Virus record (IMG/VR): IMGVR_UViG_3300006056_000027
Span: 32,001 to 96,000 of that record
DNA from: a virus
Lineage: Duplodnaviria > Caudoviricetes
Reading direction: 5' to 3' (one strand)
Length of the DNA: 64,000 nucleotides
The position numbers and the translations under genes were made by a program. The stretch's first letter is position 1, and each line of letters begins with the position of its first letter. Shown in pieces: positions 46,883-58,600 of this stretch. Under the pieces are notes generated by a model. It saw only the letters and a program-made list of their open reading frames with translations, did no database searches and was not told where the DNA came from.

Positions 46883-48058
46883 TTAAACCCCTACAAGGAT
46901 ATTGGTTTTTTGTAATAGTAGGTACGACTTATGATCTAAGGTAATAGATGTTTGATCGGTTGATACGTATGCAGACAATGCTGTGTCGTATATAGAAAAA
47001 CTATTAATCTTAATTGATGATCCATATTGATATGTTTCTGATAGGATCTGATTTAATGTACCAGTTGTAATAACTTGATTGTCAGAATATCTATAAAAGT
47101 CTCTAAATATAAAAGCTATAATGCCTTGCACTGTTGTGTCTGTTAAAGTTAAAAGAGAGTTTGTTACGTTCATGTGAAGTTCTAATTGCTTGGGCAAGAT
47201 TACGTCGTATGTAACGCCAGACTGTAAATTAGATTTTAATGCACCAATTACATATCGTGCTAAATCTTGGTATGACGTATCAAATCCTACAGTCTTCATT
47301 AGAGATGTTAAAAAATACACATTAAAGAAACCAGAACCATTTTCATTAGACTTAACAACAAATTCTGCCGTACCTGGGATTGATTGTATTAGACTTCCAA
47401 CAAATTGCTCAGATGTTGTAGAGGTAAGAATCTTTGCTGCCTGTATCCTGTTTCTATAAGTATCGTCATCAATCTTGTCAACTGTAAATGATACTGGCTT
47501 ACCAAACTTTAAGCTAATAAAGCTTGTGTATGGATTTGTATAGTTTGACATTTCATATATAGAGTCTTGATCAATACTTAGATTGCTTAGGTTTGCAATC
47601 GGCTTAATCTTAACAAAGACAGCTACGTCCTGAAACTTATTGGTAATAACTACAGATTCTAAGAATAGAACTATATATGATCCATCTATTTCAAATTCTT
47701 CACCAGCACTAATGATTTGATTATTAACAATGATATCGTCGAATCCTAGCGTCTCATTAAGTGGAGAGATAAATACTACGTTATCATCTTTTAATAAATT
47801 AACCGCTGGTACAAATGTTCTATAGATGCCATGCTCAGATCCGTTAATATCCAATGCGTCACCTGTTGCGGTAGTAGTATAAACTCTTGACAACACTTCA
47901 CTGATATTTGTATTTGTATTAAAGACCTCTTCTGCAAAGGCATCAGATAATAGTTTGATCTTAGAAGAAGACGAAGAGTTATCAATGCCAGTATTAAGAT
48001 TAATAGAATTGATTAAGTTTACGCTTGTTGTGTTTTTATTAAATTGTTCAATAGACAT
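46883..48058 (-). CDS. Baseplate J-like wedge protein
   Basis: TTATGDALD..G..HGIYR, DDDTYRNRI, IPG....V and GSGFFNVY. Confidence 0.8.
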   Translation of the reverse strand: MSIEQFNKNTTSVNLINSINLNTGIDNSSSSSKIKLLSDAFAEEVFNTNTNISEVLSRVYTTTATGDALDINGSEHGIYRTFVPAVNLLKDDNVVFISPLNETLGFDDIIVNNQIISAGEEFEIDGSYIVLFLESVVITNKFQDVAVFVKIKPIANLSNLSIDQDSIYEMSNYTNPYTSFISLKFGKPVSFTVDKIDDDTYRNRIQAAKILTSTTSEQFVGSLIQSIPGTAEFVVKSNENGSGFFNVYFLTSLMKTVGFDTSYQDLARYVIGALKSNLQSGVTYDVILPKQLELHMNVTNSLLTLTDTTVQGIIAFIFRDFYRYSDNQVITTGTLNQILSETYQYGSSIKINSFSIYDTALSAYVSTDQTSITLDHKSYLLLQKTNILVGV

Positions 48059-48461
48059 TTATTATTCCAGATATCATATTTATTGTTGCTGTTATATTAA
48101 TTTGAGTAGATGTAAAGCCAGACAGGAGTGTTGCTATAGACACCTTAATTACCATTGACTGATTTTTAATCAGTGCAATTACTTCTATGCTGTTTCCGTC
48201 TAAGAAGCCATCTTCTGTTAATGAATTAGTTATATTTGATACTGCGATATCTTCTAATGTGTTTGAAGTTTTGCGACCTATCAATGATGCTAGATCGGCA
48301 CCGAATGAATTATATAAAGGATAATCATACTTGGCAGATCTAATTCTATCTACAGCATTTTGTCTTATAATTTCAGTCTTGTTATGTATTAATTTAATAT
48401 CCTTATTAGATATCTCTATATCGCCAAAGTCATTAAATTTTATATCTCTTAATATTTCCAT
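48048..48461 (-). CDS. gp25/W-like baseplate protein
   Basis: GDIEI...DI, IRQ....RI, Y..FGADL..LIG and I..SL..DG; 137 aa next to the J-like gene. Confidence 0.72.
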   Translation of the reverse strand: MEILRDIKFNDFGDIEISNKDIKLIHNKTEIIRQNAVDRIRSAKYDYPLYNSFGADLASLIGRKTSNTLEDIAVSNITNSLTEDGFLDGNSIEVIALIKNQSMVIKVSIATLLSGFTSTQINITATINMISGIINVY

Positions 48462-48466
48462 TGTAT

Positions 48467-48778
48467 TTATACCGTAGATAATATCATGCCAGCTAATGCA
48501 GCATATGCTATAGCATGTTTTGCTGGTATATCAAATATAAAAGTTGATATTGGTGTAACTAGCGTTGAAGGAATACAGCTTGCTGTTAATGGATTGAATT
48601 TGAATATTGGCCCAAACCTAATACTGCTTAGCCCAGAACTAATTGATACTGGTCCATTAATGAATGTCCCACCCTGCCTATCTGTTGTTACAGACATTGG
48701 GCCTGATGCTATTCTTGCGAATGCCGTTCCTGCTTCTAGGAATGAAGTGGAATCAATTGAGTCTTTAATAATGCTCAT
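48467..48778 (-). CDS. Putative baseplate/spike-associated protein
   Basis: 103 aa; context only. Confidence 0.5.
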   Translation of the reverse strand: MSIIKDSIDSTSFLEAGTAFARIASGPMSVTTDRQGGTFINGPVSISSGLSSIRFGPIFKFNPLTASCIPSTLVTPISTFIFDIPAKHAIAYAALAGMILSTV

Positions 48779-49458
48779 TTTGCACTAAATGCTCCTATAT
48801 GTAAATGACATGTTTTAGTTTTAAGTCTGCCTTCTGGTAATCCTGTTACCGAATCAAGCGATACCTTTTTAGATATATCTGCCTCTTTATTACCATCTGA
48901 TACCGATACTTTATTTTGTGTAACATAATCGCCATAAGATATAATCTTTCCACTAACGCCCAATCCTTCATAGTAGCTTTGATTAAGATCTATAATATCT
49001 AGATTCGTATATCCTTTACTCTTGAGGTACTCAATAGCTTCCACACTCGCCACATCTCCAGTATCGGATATCATTCTGGCTTCTATAATATGTAGTGGTG
49101 CTATTGTTCTGGCATGTCCAATTGTCCCAGCTATGTAGGCCATAACTGGGCGATCATTAATTAACTCTACCTTAACTTCTCTTCCGATAAGCACATTATA
49201 ATTAAACTTGGATATATCCGTAGACATATCCAATGGTATCAATATTTCATGAAGCGATACTAATGTTTCGGGCAGATTAAATATGTTACCAAAAAGACCA
49301 GTATTGATCTTTACAGTTTCTAGCTCCATATCTATAACATCATCACCTTTTCTTCTTACGACTGCATATATGCCATATCCTTGTGGAGATATGGACTCTA
49401 TAATGCCAACCTCGAAAGTTGGCGCGCTATTTACGTTGTATCCGTTTCCATTCTTCAT
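48775..49458 (-). CDS. Putative baseplate spike-associated (OB-like N-terminus) protein
   Basis: VGIIESI...IGREVKVELINDRP pattern, directly downstream of the hub gene. Confidence 0.45.
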   Translation of the reverse strand: MKNGNGYNVNSAPTFEVGIIESISPQGYGIYAVVRRKGDDVIDMELETVKINTGLFGNIFNLPETLVSLHEILIPLDMSTDISKFNYNVLIGREVKVELINDRPVMAYIAGTIGHARTIAPLHIIEARMISDTGDVASVEAIEYLKSKGYTNLDIIDLNQSYYEGLGVSGKIISYGDYVTQNKVSVSDGNKEADISKKVSLDSVTGLPEGRLKTKTCHLHIGAFSAK

Positions 49459-49460
49459 AA

Positions 49461-52400
49461 TTAAATACCAGACTTGCCAGCAGATGTTATTGATACAGTG
49501 TTTTTTGCTTCTAAGGCATTATTTAGTTGGTACAGATTTCCGCCAGATAATATTTGTCCAACAACATTATCTCTTGCTGTTCTAATTGCGTCCATATTTG
49601 TCTCATAGTTTTTAAACTTAGAATCTATATAGCTATTCATTTCAAATCCTGAAATACCGCCAAGGTATGGAGATCCATTATTCAGCAATGGAAATAGTCT
49701 AACTGGTTCTCTAGTTTGCTCTATTTCTACAATAGTATCATGAACTGCTATTCCAACAAATGCCACACCAAGCAATAAGAATGAACTAACTGGATTTGTT
49801 AATGCAATTGATCCTATTTGCAGACCAGTTCTTAATACTACTCTAGAGGCTACCTTGCCAACCGTTCCAAAGAATCCACCAGCTTCTATTTTTGTTAGAT
49901 GAATAGCTGCCTCTACAAGACTTCTAGAGACAGCAGGTATTGCTCTAACGAATTTAACTGTAGAGTTTCTAGCGGCATTTGCTAATACTCTTACTGGTCC
50001 TGCGTCTGCTGCTAATGCCTCTGCTGGTAATAATGCACCTTGCACAAAGCTATAAAGCATACGTATAGAGAATGCAGTGAATGCGGCAGGAGCTGCAAAT
50101 TGCATAGTTCTAGCAGTTAAGCTCTTATCTGAATTCATAATATCTCTAAGCTGTCTGGACTGTACTAGTCCAAGCATTGAAGATATTGTAGTCATTTTCT
50201 TATTATCAAAATATCCACTTTGTGTTTCAAGCTTAATCTTGTTAGAGATAAGCGCCCATCCAATACCAAGTTTAGTAAATAGATTTGAGTAGTTATACAT
50301 AGATGCCTCAGTATAAAGACCTGGAGTTATTACTGTTACGTATCCATCATTTTCATTAAAGATATGAGAACATTCTCTAATTTTAATAATACCATTTAAT
50401 CCTCTGAATGAATCTGCAAGATATGCATAGTCACCAGCTTTCATATTTGGATTGCCAATAATTACAATCTTGCCTTGATACATCTTCTCCGCTTGATTTT
50501 TTAATTCAGCAGTACCATATCTGTAAGCTGTAAACTTATGGTCGCAACCATTCATTTCTAACTCCATACTTCTTATAGAGTTATTTTTTAGATTGTCATC
50601 TAGCAGCATATTGTAGTATTTGAATCCAGTACCAGTTCTTAAATCGTCAGCATCTGGATTGTCATCAAAGTATCTAATGTTAATTTTTGTTTTAAATCCA
50701 GAACTTATTTTTAACTGATTAGAAATAATATGATTTTCACTTGTTATTAAATGAAACTCTGCTGCTGGTTTTAAATCTTTCCATCTTAAAGCTTCTACGT
50801 CTTTATCAACTATTTGATATGCTGTTGGCTGATTTGCCTTGTATAGATAAACTGGAGGATCTCTAAATATGAAAAGCTGTTCCTTGATTCCGAAGAATAA
50901 AGAAGCTCTTTCTTTATAATTCATAACATTCATCCAAGTTCCTGGATGTCTATAATTCATTTCCTTAACTACTTCCCAAACTGTAGAATTGAAAATAGGG
51001 AAGTTGACTAAAATGCCTCTATCCATTGATACTACCGCACTAACTCTATCTCTCCAGCTTCCGTCTAATGAGAAGTGGTTATCTACTGCTTCAATAGAAG
51101 GTGAGTAAATGTTTGTAAACACTTCACTATTAGTGTCCCACCAAACTCCAAACAAGAAGTCGTTCGATGCTTCGCCTCTATCGGTTCCGCCAGTTGTTCC
51201 GTTAAGATTGGATTTTGAATTAGCCCCTCTTAGGATTGATCTAGCATAAGGATTTCTAGAGTTAACAACATAGTATGTTTGTCCAAAGTGATAGATTTCT
51301 TCCGATCTTAATATTTCATTTAGAGTGCCACTGGTAGAAGCATTTAGAATACCAGATGCTTTACTAATACCTTCTTGGTTGTGAGTAACAGCAATAAGCT
51401 CTCTTCCGTATCCCTCTGCAACAATCTCTAATAATGTTTCACCTTCTACTTCTGTAATCTCTCCGTTGAATACTGTTTCAAGTTCATTAGGATCATTCGA
51501 ATACCCAATTCTTACATGCAATCTTGTCCCTGCTGTAAGTCTAACCTTACCAATCTTATCTCTGTAATCTGCATTGCTATTAAGTTTTGCATAGTCAAAT
51601 TTTCCTTCAAAGTTCTTTGCTATAGCAGCAGCATCGGTATAGATGGCTCCTGGATTAGCTACGGTAAATGCCATAACAGCTACTGGATTATCATTGTCAG
51701 CAGTTTGAATCCTTACATCGGATATACCGAATACTTCATATAGATTTGTATCTCTGTTAGGAATAAAAGAAATTCGAGCATACTTATCATCTCTGAGTCC
51801 TTCTACCATGTATATTTTAATAGTAGGCACAGCCATATCCAATCCTGTAGACATGTAGTTGCCAGTTCTTAATGCCCTATATTGAGCTTGATGAGCCTCA
51901 TTGAATAGATTAATTCCAGATGTTTCCATTCCTTTAAAGGTAAACTTTCTATCTGTCGTTAAGAATCCAGCAGGCTTTCTTATGTCTGGATTTTTAGCTA
52001 GCTCAATTCCGTCTACCACAACTCCACCGTTATCAATAACTGCTTGTGACTTAGTAGGGATATCATCAAATCCAACTCCATTAGGTAACTTGATTGAGTC
52101 TATAGTTGTCAATGAAGGATTACGATTGTTGTTTATGTTTTCTTCTGGGGCTTGCGATCCAGAATATAAACCTATCTTATCTCGTTGAGCTAGAATGTTT
52201 CCTTGGTTATAGAACTTAGCTTTCTCTGGAACCTTTTTAGCAAATACTGGTTCTAGTTCTGCAAGGCCACTACGAAGCATTTCATAGTTAAAGTCTACTC
52301 CGTTAGAGTCAATGATATTGGCAACATCCCTTGCACCTGAATCGTTTAGTGCTGGATACTTATAAACCTTAATTGGATACTTAGCGTTATCAAATAATTG

Positions 52401-55400
52401 TTGCAATCTCATTCTAGCTTCTATGCCAAACTTGCCAGGTTTTCCTGAGTAGCTTATTTGCTTTTGATCTAAAGGATCTCTCTTTAAGGTTTCAGGAGTA
52501 TCTACACCAAACACCCTTACAGTTAATCTTCCGTAGTTATTAATCTTATTATTAACTTCTGTAAGAAGACTTACATTAATAATATTCTGAGTCATTGATA
52601 CAGTGTCACCGTCGGTAATTGATGCACCCTTTCTTAGAATGGTTGCATATAATTGAGCGTCTGGTGCTGGCTTAACTCCCTTTGTTACTGCTGGATATTT
52701 TGAACCAAGCTTATCTGATGTAACTTTACCATGTGCTGGCGGTGGAACATCTGCATCAGATAAGCTAGATATCGCTGCTGGCAATCCAGTTTTTCTTGTA
52801 AATAGCGCAGACCATCCTTCAACAAAATTTCTATACGATATTCTGTTGTTGATATAATTTTGTTCTTTAGATAATCTTTTGTCTCTTCCTTTGATCGGAT
52901 TATTTGCTGCCATCATTGTTCTAAGAGTTAGTTTGCCGAACTTGATAGAAGGGTCCGCAATTGTTTCTCTTAGTGCAATATTATTATATCCCTTTAATAT
53001 TTTTGGCCATGCATAACCTTGTTGGTGCGTCATGTACAAATTAAATGTTGTTAATGGAAGTCTATTATCTGCCAGAGCCTTCATTACAAAGCTATACCAA
53101 AAATTCATAGCTGCATATGTGTTTAACTTAACATCTGCATATTGAGAAGGGGATGCGCCTATAGCTTTCAATTTATCATCACTAACTTGAAATAATCCTT
53201 TGTATAGACCGTTAACTGGATTAATTAATGTTGGATCTAAAGTTCCCCCTGTTTCTATCTTAGCCATTGCTATAGCCATCTCTGGTGTTATAAGTGGTTT
53301 GCTTCCAATTGCCTTTGCGTTTAAGAAGTTGTACGAATTAACGGCAGCAATAATTTGCTCCACAACTGTTTGCTGTTTACCAGATAAGGCTAATTGGGCT
53401 CCTACGGATACAGCTCCAAGGATTTGTTGCGTAGCGTTATTTGCGCCTTCAGTTAAGGCTTTAGATCTTACAACTAAAGAATCTATATATCCGTCTGTCA
53501 TGTTTTCCATGTTGACAGAAGATTTAAGTATGTCTTTTGTAGACTTATCCGCAAACTGATACGCAGCATTAAATGACGATGCGTCCACATATATGTTTTG
53601 ATGAATAAAAAAGAACGGAGAAAATCTTTTACCGTCACCTTCTCCAAGATAAGACATTTTCTTTGCAGAATTTAATTGTCCTTTTGCTGCAACTAATGAG
53701 CTAAATATTCCTAGGTCTTGAATTGCTTCTGCATCAATCTCTTTAATCTCTGTTTTAATAATGGATTGTTGCAATGAATCCAATATTTTTGCTGCAACGT
53801 TTCCATACTGTTGTTGCTTTTGATCTTTTGAATAATTCTGTAAGTTTAAAAATCTAGTAACAACATTGTCCATAGTATGAATTAGGGTTTGATATTCATC
53901 ATGTCTCTCATCTACCTTTTTCTCTTCTACTAATTTTGCAATGTAATCGTACAGCTTAATACTTTTTCTTAAATCATCTCCATAAACCTTAGAGAACGTA
54001 GCTGGTTCTTTGCCATGTACTCTTTCATAATAAATCTCAGCACCAACAAACGCCTTCATTAGGATAGCTTCTATGCTGGCGTCCGAATCTAAGAATGATT
54101 TAACTTGAGTGGATAGAGCATTAATATATGTTTTTGTTTTATTTAGTATTGGCTTTAATGTAGGATGACTTTCTAATTGCGCATTTGCAACAGCCTTTGC
54201 CCTTGCTTCAACTTCTGCAATATAGTTGCTTCCCGTTTTTAACAGCTTATCTGCTACGTCTTTATTACCATTTAACACCTTACCTTCTGGAGTAACAAAC
54301 TGATAAGAATGATGTTCCTTTTCTAAGAAAGCTTCTGTAACTGACTTGATAACTTTAATCATAGTTAAAACATCGAAGTCGTAATCCTTAACGCCAGCAG
54401 GTTTAAGTTTATTCTTGCCGATAAGTTTGGTTAGATCAGATTCAACAAATGATAGGCTAGCAATTTGAAGGCCTTGATCTTCTGCTGATTCAAATGATGT
54501 TTCTGAATCAAGAACAAAGTAATGAGAGTCCGCCAACAAAGTTAGAAGATTTCTTATACGCAATGACTTGAATGGAAGTATCTTATTCGTAGCAACAACC
54601 TGAAGTCTTTCTGCTTCTCTAAGCATGTTGGTTAATATTTCATATGGCTTAGGTGCGTCATCGTTGTATGACAGGTTTGAGTTGTTGATAGACAGGTCAA
54701 TCTTTAATTGCGCTGGTGACTTACCAAGATATTGCACAAATGGAAAGTCGTACATTTGCATTGTTTGAATAGCAATCGTATTGCGCTTAGTAATGCTTAC
54801 AGATCTAACTTCATATGCTGAGTGTCCACTAATCTCATTGATTCCATCCAAAATATTAATATCTTGATAGACAAGCCAGAAGTTTCCAGAAGCATTTTCT
54901 ATATCTGTCGCTGCATCGTAATATGTGTTAACAAATGTAAGCTCTTTAAAGTCTTGATCTGTAAATCCAGAACTGAAAACGTTATTTTCTAAGATTTCTT
55001 TGGGCTTGTCATCAAACTGAGGAGATGCTTGCATCATTAATGGTCTACCAAATGTAAGTGAGGTAGTGTTGAATTTAGCCATTAATGTATTGAATTTCTT
55101 AGTACAGTTTTTATTATCAGCAGCAAAGTAGTCTGCAAACACATTTGATTCTTCTAATGAGTCTACTGTTTTTAATACGAAATCCTTCAACTCGATTGGA
55201 GCATTCTTAGCTCTTGGAGTTTTACTTGCTTCTTTATGCTCATCGTAGGCTAGGAAAGACCATGATTTGACATATGGTATATGACTAAAATAATACATAT
55301 CAAATGTTAAAAAGATAACCTTCTTCACGTTTGAGTCTATTTTCATAGTCCATTCTTTTATAGCAAATGCAGTATACTCATTTGTTTTGGTTCCTATAGG

Positions 55401-55679
55401 CGTTATAAATTGATTCAATCTATTTGATTTAATCCAAACGAATGGATACTTTCTTAATTCAACAGAAAGCTTAATTAGATTATTCACATCAATTTGACTA
55501 TTAAGATCAAAGGCTATGGTAACGCTATACGTCGCCACAGCACTGTTTGATGAATATGCATATGTAGAATTTTCTCTAATGAACGTACTGACATCAACAA
55601 ACTTCTGATTGAATGCTTGGATATCTGTTGGGTTCACTCTAAGAGTAATATCATTAATAATGAATTGTTCTGTTGACAT
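49461..55679 (-). CDS. Giant baseplate hub protein with lytic transglycosylase and SNase-like nuclease domains
   Basis: SLT: AKIETGG, GLFQ, YMTHQQG. SNase: DGDT, VRVFGVDTPE, NYEMLRSGLA, AQRDKIGLY. Hub: VRIGYS..ETVFNGEITEV and IIGNPNMKAGD..L....GIIKIRECSHIF..GYVT. Confidence 0.8.
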   Translation of the reverse strand: MSTEQFIINDITLRVNPTDIQAFNQKFVDVSTFIRENSTYAYSSNSAVATYSVTIAFDLNSQIDVNNLIKLSVELRKYPFVWIKSNRLNQFITPIGTKTNEYTAFAIKEWTMKIDSNVKKVIFLTFDMYYFSHIPYVKSWSFLAYDEHKEASKTPRAKNAPIELKDFVLKTVDSLEESNVFADYFAADNKNCTKKFNTLMAKFNTTSLTFGRPLMMQASPQFDDKPKEILENNVFSSGFTDQDFKELTFVNTYYDAATDIENASGNFWLVYQDINILDGINEISGHSAYEVRSVSITKRNTIAIQTMQMYDFPFVQYLGKSPAQLKIDLSINNSNLSYNDDAPKPYEILTNMLREAERLQVVATNKILPFKSLRIRNLLTLLADSHYFVLDSETSFESAEDQGLQIASLSFVESDLTKLIGKNKLKPAGVKDYDFDVLTMIKVIKSVTEAFLEKEHHSYQFVTPEGKVLNGNKDVADKLLKTGSNYIAEVEARAKAVANAQLESHPTLKPILNKTKTYINALSTQVKSFLDSDASIEAILMKAFVGAEIYYERVHGKEPATFSKVYGDDLRKSIKLYDYIAKLVEEKKVDERHDEYQTLIHTMDNVVTRFLNLQNYSKDQKQQQYGNVAAKILDSLQQSIIKTEIKEIDAEAIQDLGIFSSLVAAKGQLNSAKKMSYLGEGDGKRFSPFFFIHQNIYVDASSFNAAYQFADKSTKDILKSSVNMENMTDGYIDSLVVRSKALTEGANNATQQILGAVSVGAQLALSGKQQTVVEQIIAAVNSYNFLNAKAIGSKPLITPEMAIAMAKIETGGTLDPTLINPVNGLYKGLFQVSDDKLKAIGASPSQYADVKLNTYAAMNFWYSFVMKALADNRLPLTTFNLYMTHQQGYAWPKILKGYNNIALRETIADPSIKFGKLTLRTMMAANNPIKGRDKRLSKEQNYINNRISYRNFVEGWSALFTRKTGLPAAISSLSDADVPPPAHGKVTSDKLGSKYPAVTKGVKPAPDAQLYATILRKGASITDGDTVSMTQNIINVSLLTEVNNKINNYGRLTVRVFGVDTPETLKRDPLDQKQISYSGKPGKFGIEARMRLQQLFDNAKYPIKVYKYPALNDSGARDVANIIDSNGVDFNYEMLRSGLAELEPVFAKKVPEKAKFYNQGNILAQRDKIGLYSGSQAPEENINNNRNPSLTTIDSIKLPNGVGFDDIPTKSQAVIDNGGVVVDGIELAKNPDIRKPAGFLTTDRKFTFKGMETSGINLFNEAHQAQYRALRTGNYMSTGLDMAVPTIKIYMVEGLRDDKYARISFIPNRDTNLYEVFGISDVRIQTADNDNPVAVMAFTVANPGAIYTDAAAIAKNFEGKFDYAKLNSNADYRDKIGKVRLTAGTRLHVRIGYSNDPNELETVFNGEITEVEGETLLEIVAEGYGRELIAVTHNQEGISKASGILNASTSGTLNEILRSEEIYHFGQTYYVVNSRNPYARSILRGANSKSNLNGTTGGTDRGEASNDFLFGVWWDTNSEVFTNIYSPSIEAVDNHFSLDGSWRDRVSAVVSMDRGILVNFPIFNSTVWEVVKEMNYRHPGTWMNVMNYKERASLFFGIKEQLFIFRDPPVYLYKANQPTAYQIVDKDVEALRWKDLKPAAEFHLITSENHIISNQLKISSGFKTKINIRYFDDNPDADDLRTGTGFKYYNMLLDDNLKNNSIRSMELEMNGCDHKFTAYRYGTAELKNQAEKMYQGKIVIIGNPNMKAGDYAYLADSFRGLNGIIKIRECSHIFNENDGYVTVITPGLYTEASMYNYSNLFTKLGIGWALISNKIKLETQSGYFDNKKMTTISSMLGLVQSRQLRDIMNSDKSLTARTMQFAAPAAFTAFSIRMLYSFVQGALLPAEALAADAGPVRVLANAARNSTVKFVRAIPAVSRSLVEAAIHLTKIEAGGFFGTVGKVASRVVLRTGLQIGSIALTNPVSSFLLLGVAFVGIAVHDTIVEIEQTREPVRLFPLLNNGSPYLGGISGFEMNSYIDSKFKNYETNMDAIRTARDNVVGQILSGGNLYQLNNALEAKNTVSITSAGKSGI

Positions 55680-55680
55680 A

Positions 55681-58600
55681 TTAGTATCTTTGTTCTCGTT
55701 TATCTCTTATGTTGACATTGGTTCTACTACCACCTTTGTCACCAAATAATGTTCTTTGTAGATTTGAAACTTTTTGACCGTCTCGTTTTGATTGGCCGTT
55801 GATATTAGTTGTTTGTCCGTATCCAGACTTTTTATAGGTAGGTGCATTCTCGGATTGCAATGGACCAAGTATACCATCGCTTGTTGAGAATGGTACAGCT
55901 TCTTTTGTCATCTCTGGTGTTTCAGCTCCTACGAACATAGCCGTTGCAGCAAGTGCAGCAGCACCAACACTTAGTGGCATTCTATTTTTATACATATTTC
56001 TTTTAGCGGCATGAAATATATCAGATCCTCTTTGGCCAATACTCTTAATTCTAGCTTCAGTATTAGCTGCTAATTCTTCAGACTCTATCATGTTTGCATT
56101 TGCCATAGTTTGCAAATACTCAATCATCTTATCGAATGAATGCACATCTCTAGCGTCTTTAATTCTTGCACCAGATCTTTCTATTTGATGAGCAAACTCT
56201 ACAGTTCCTTCGATTACGTCAGAAATACCTTGATTGTAATTCTTCATAATATTGTCAGCTAAATCAATATGTCCTTCCGCTCTCTTACCTTCTGCAAATG
56301 ATTTTACTTTATTTCCAAGCAAGTTTTCTAGAGCCTGTTTAGTTTGTTCTCTATACTCTCTTGTATTTCCACCTAGTAATTTCTTATAGGCACTTTGTAA
56401 TGTTTCAATTTCTGAAACACCCATAGTTCTTCTTATATCTTCATTTGATCTATGAGCTGACTTAATTAGACTTTCTGTAATGTTATGGATTACTGTTCTT
56501 CCAGTAATACTTCTAGACATTCTTTCTTCTGCAGATAATGTAGTATCACTATCAAGCCTATGAATTAACATATCCGTCATATTCATTGCAAGGTAAGTTG
56601 CTGGTGCCGCTAAGATCTTTCTTTGTCTTCCTTTAAATGAAGATGTAGCTTGGTCTGCGTAATATGCTGCGGCTGAATTGTAATCGCCTAAGAATGATTT
56701 AGGATTGATTGCGCCATTCTTTTGTTTAGATGCCATAGCATCCATTAAATGTTGTGACTCATCAAACGCTTTATTTTGAGTGGCCATCATAGCTTCAAAC
56801 ATTTTCTTATGTTCTGGATTCTTAAAGTCTATACCTGTCACCCTAATAGTGTCATAGTCATAGTCGGTAAATTGGCCTTTTTCAAAGATGTTTTTATTGC
56901 TGTTATGAGCAAACCCAACTTCGTCCTTGCCTAATTGTGCTGAAGGATCAAAGTATGCATCACCACTAATAATAGAGAAGGCGCCTTGTGATGGTTCACG
57001 AGTCCACATATTTCTAAGCGGCCTTATGTTGCCCTTCTTATCTTTAATCATGGCCTGCTGAATGCCACCATGACCGACATCTTCCCAATGAATGCTCTTG
57101 CTATCAATACCCATTCTTTCTGCAAGGCCGTATATTGTTGCTTTAGAATAAGCAGCGCCAGCATTCTTCGCTGCACCACTTTCCATGAATGATGCAAAGT
57201 TTCCGCCAACACTTCTAGCTCTCATAAATGAGCTACCATCTACAGTTGACTTAGAAGCAGCCTTAGCAATATTGCCATCCCCTTTAAGAAGTCTAACGTG
57301 CATCTCTTCAACTTGTGAAAGTACATCCATATATCTAGCAGCATATGCCTTCTTATGAGCTGGTTCAGCATTGATATATTCTAAGTCTGCCTTGATTAAA
57401 TCTCTTCTCTTTTTGTCTAGCTTACTAAGTATGTCTGCTTCGCCAACTTGTAAATGTCCAGTTCTATTAGTAGTTAAAAAGGATATTGGCACACTTTTAA
57501 TTTTGCCACCCTTCTTGCCATATTCTTCTGGAGTTGACAGGTTGTAGGACAGGAAGTCTCCTTGAGCGGTTAACGCGCCTTTAAGTGCATTCTTTCTATT
57601 CTCTGGAATAAAATCAAATGAATCAACTATTTGATTACCATGCGTAGCTTTAATATTGTCAGGTATTTCCTTATCAATAGCAGCCATAGACTGAATCATT
57701 CTTAATTCAAATGCTGCATCAGCACTAGGTCTAGTAATTACACCAAGCATGTCATCAGTCCATCCAGAAGCTTTTAATTGCTTTCTTTCTAGCCATGACA
57801 TTGAACCAACGTTTCCGATACCATGCAATCCTTCTCCTAGGTCAGCAACAACTCTGGTTTGTAATGCTGCTACATCTGACATTGACTTAACATTTCTATC
57901 AATTACACTACGTAATGCATTTTCAGCAACATCTCTATTCTCAACTAATAGTCTTCCGCCGCGAAGATTATCTAAATCCTGTAAGCCTTTTGTATCATTG
58001 TTTTTAGATGCAAGGTTTCTTAGCGTTACAAACAGATCAGAATTGCCTTTAAAGTCCATCTGAGACTGAATGAATATAGATGCCTTGGTTTTAGATAGCT
58101 CGTCGCTTTTCGCATCCTGGAGTATCTTAACGGCATTCCCAAATAGTCCTTTCTCATTAAGCTTGTTGGCATCTGTAAGAGTTTGTATAAGCTTGTTGTG
58201 GTCATATAGTGCATCAGCTCCAGAGTCTTTTGCTCCAAGCATAATATCGCCAGCTATCCCAAATCTATTTACAAGATGCTTTGCAGCGCCATCTATATTT
58301 CCAGATGTCATTAATGAATTGATTTGTAGTTTTGCAACATCAGCATTTGCTGTATAGCCTTTTAGTGCGTATCTTTTTCTTCTTAATTCTAAGACATAAT
58401 CTTTGAAGCCTTTAGACTTTTCATCAATTGAATATCCAGAAGCACTTGAGTCGAATGAAATAATACCTGACCTTCTTAGGTTCTCCATTGTTGATATGGC
58501 TTTAAACTGGCTATCTGTAACTGATGTGTAACCAGCTTTAGAAGATGTACCAAATAGTTTTAACCATCTTTGTATTGATGCGTCAAATGATGCTTCTACG

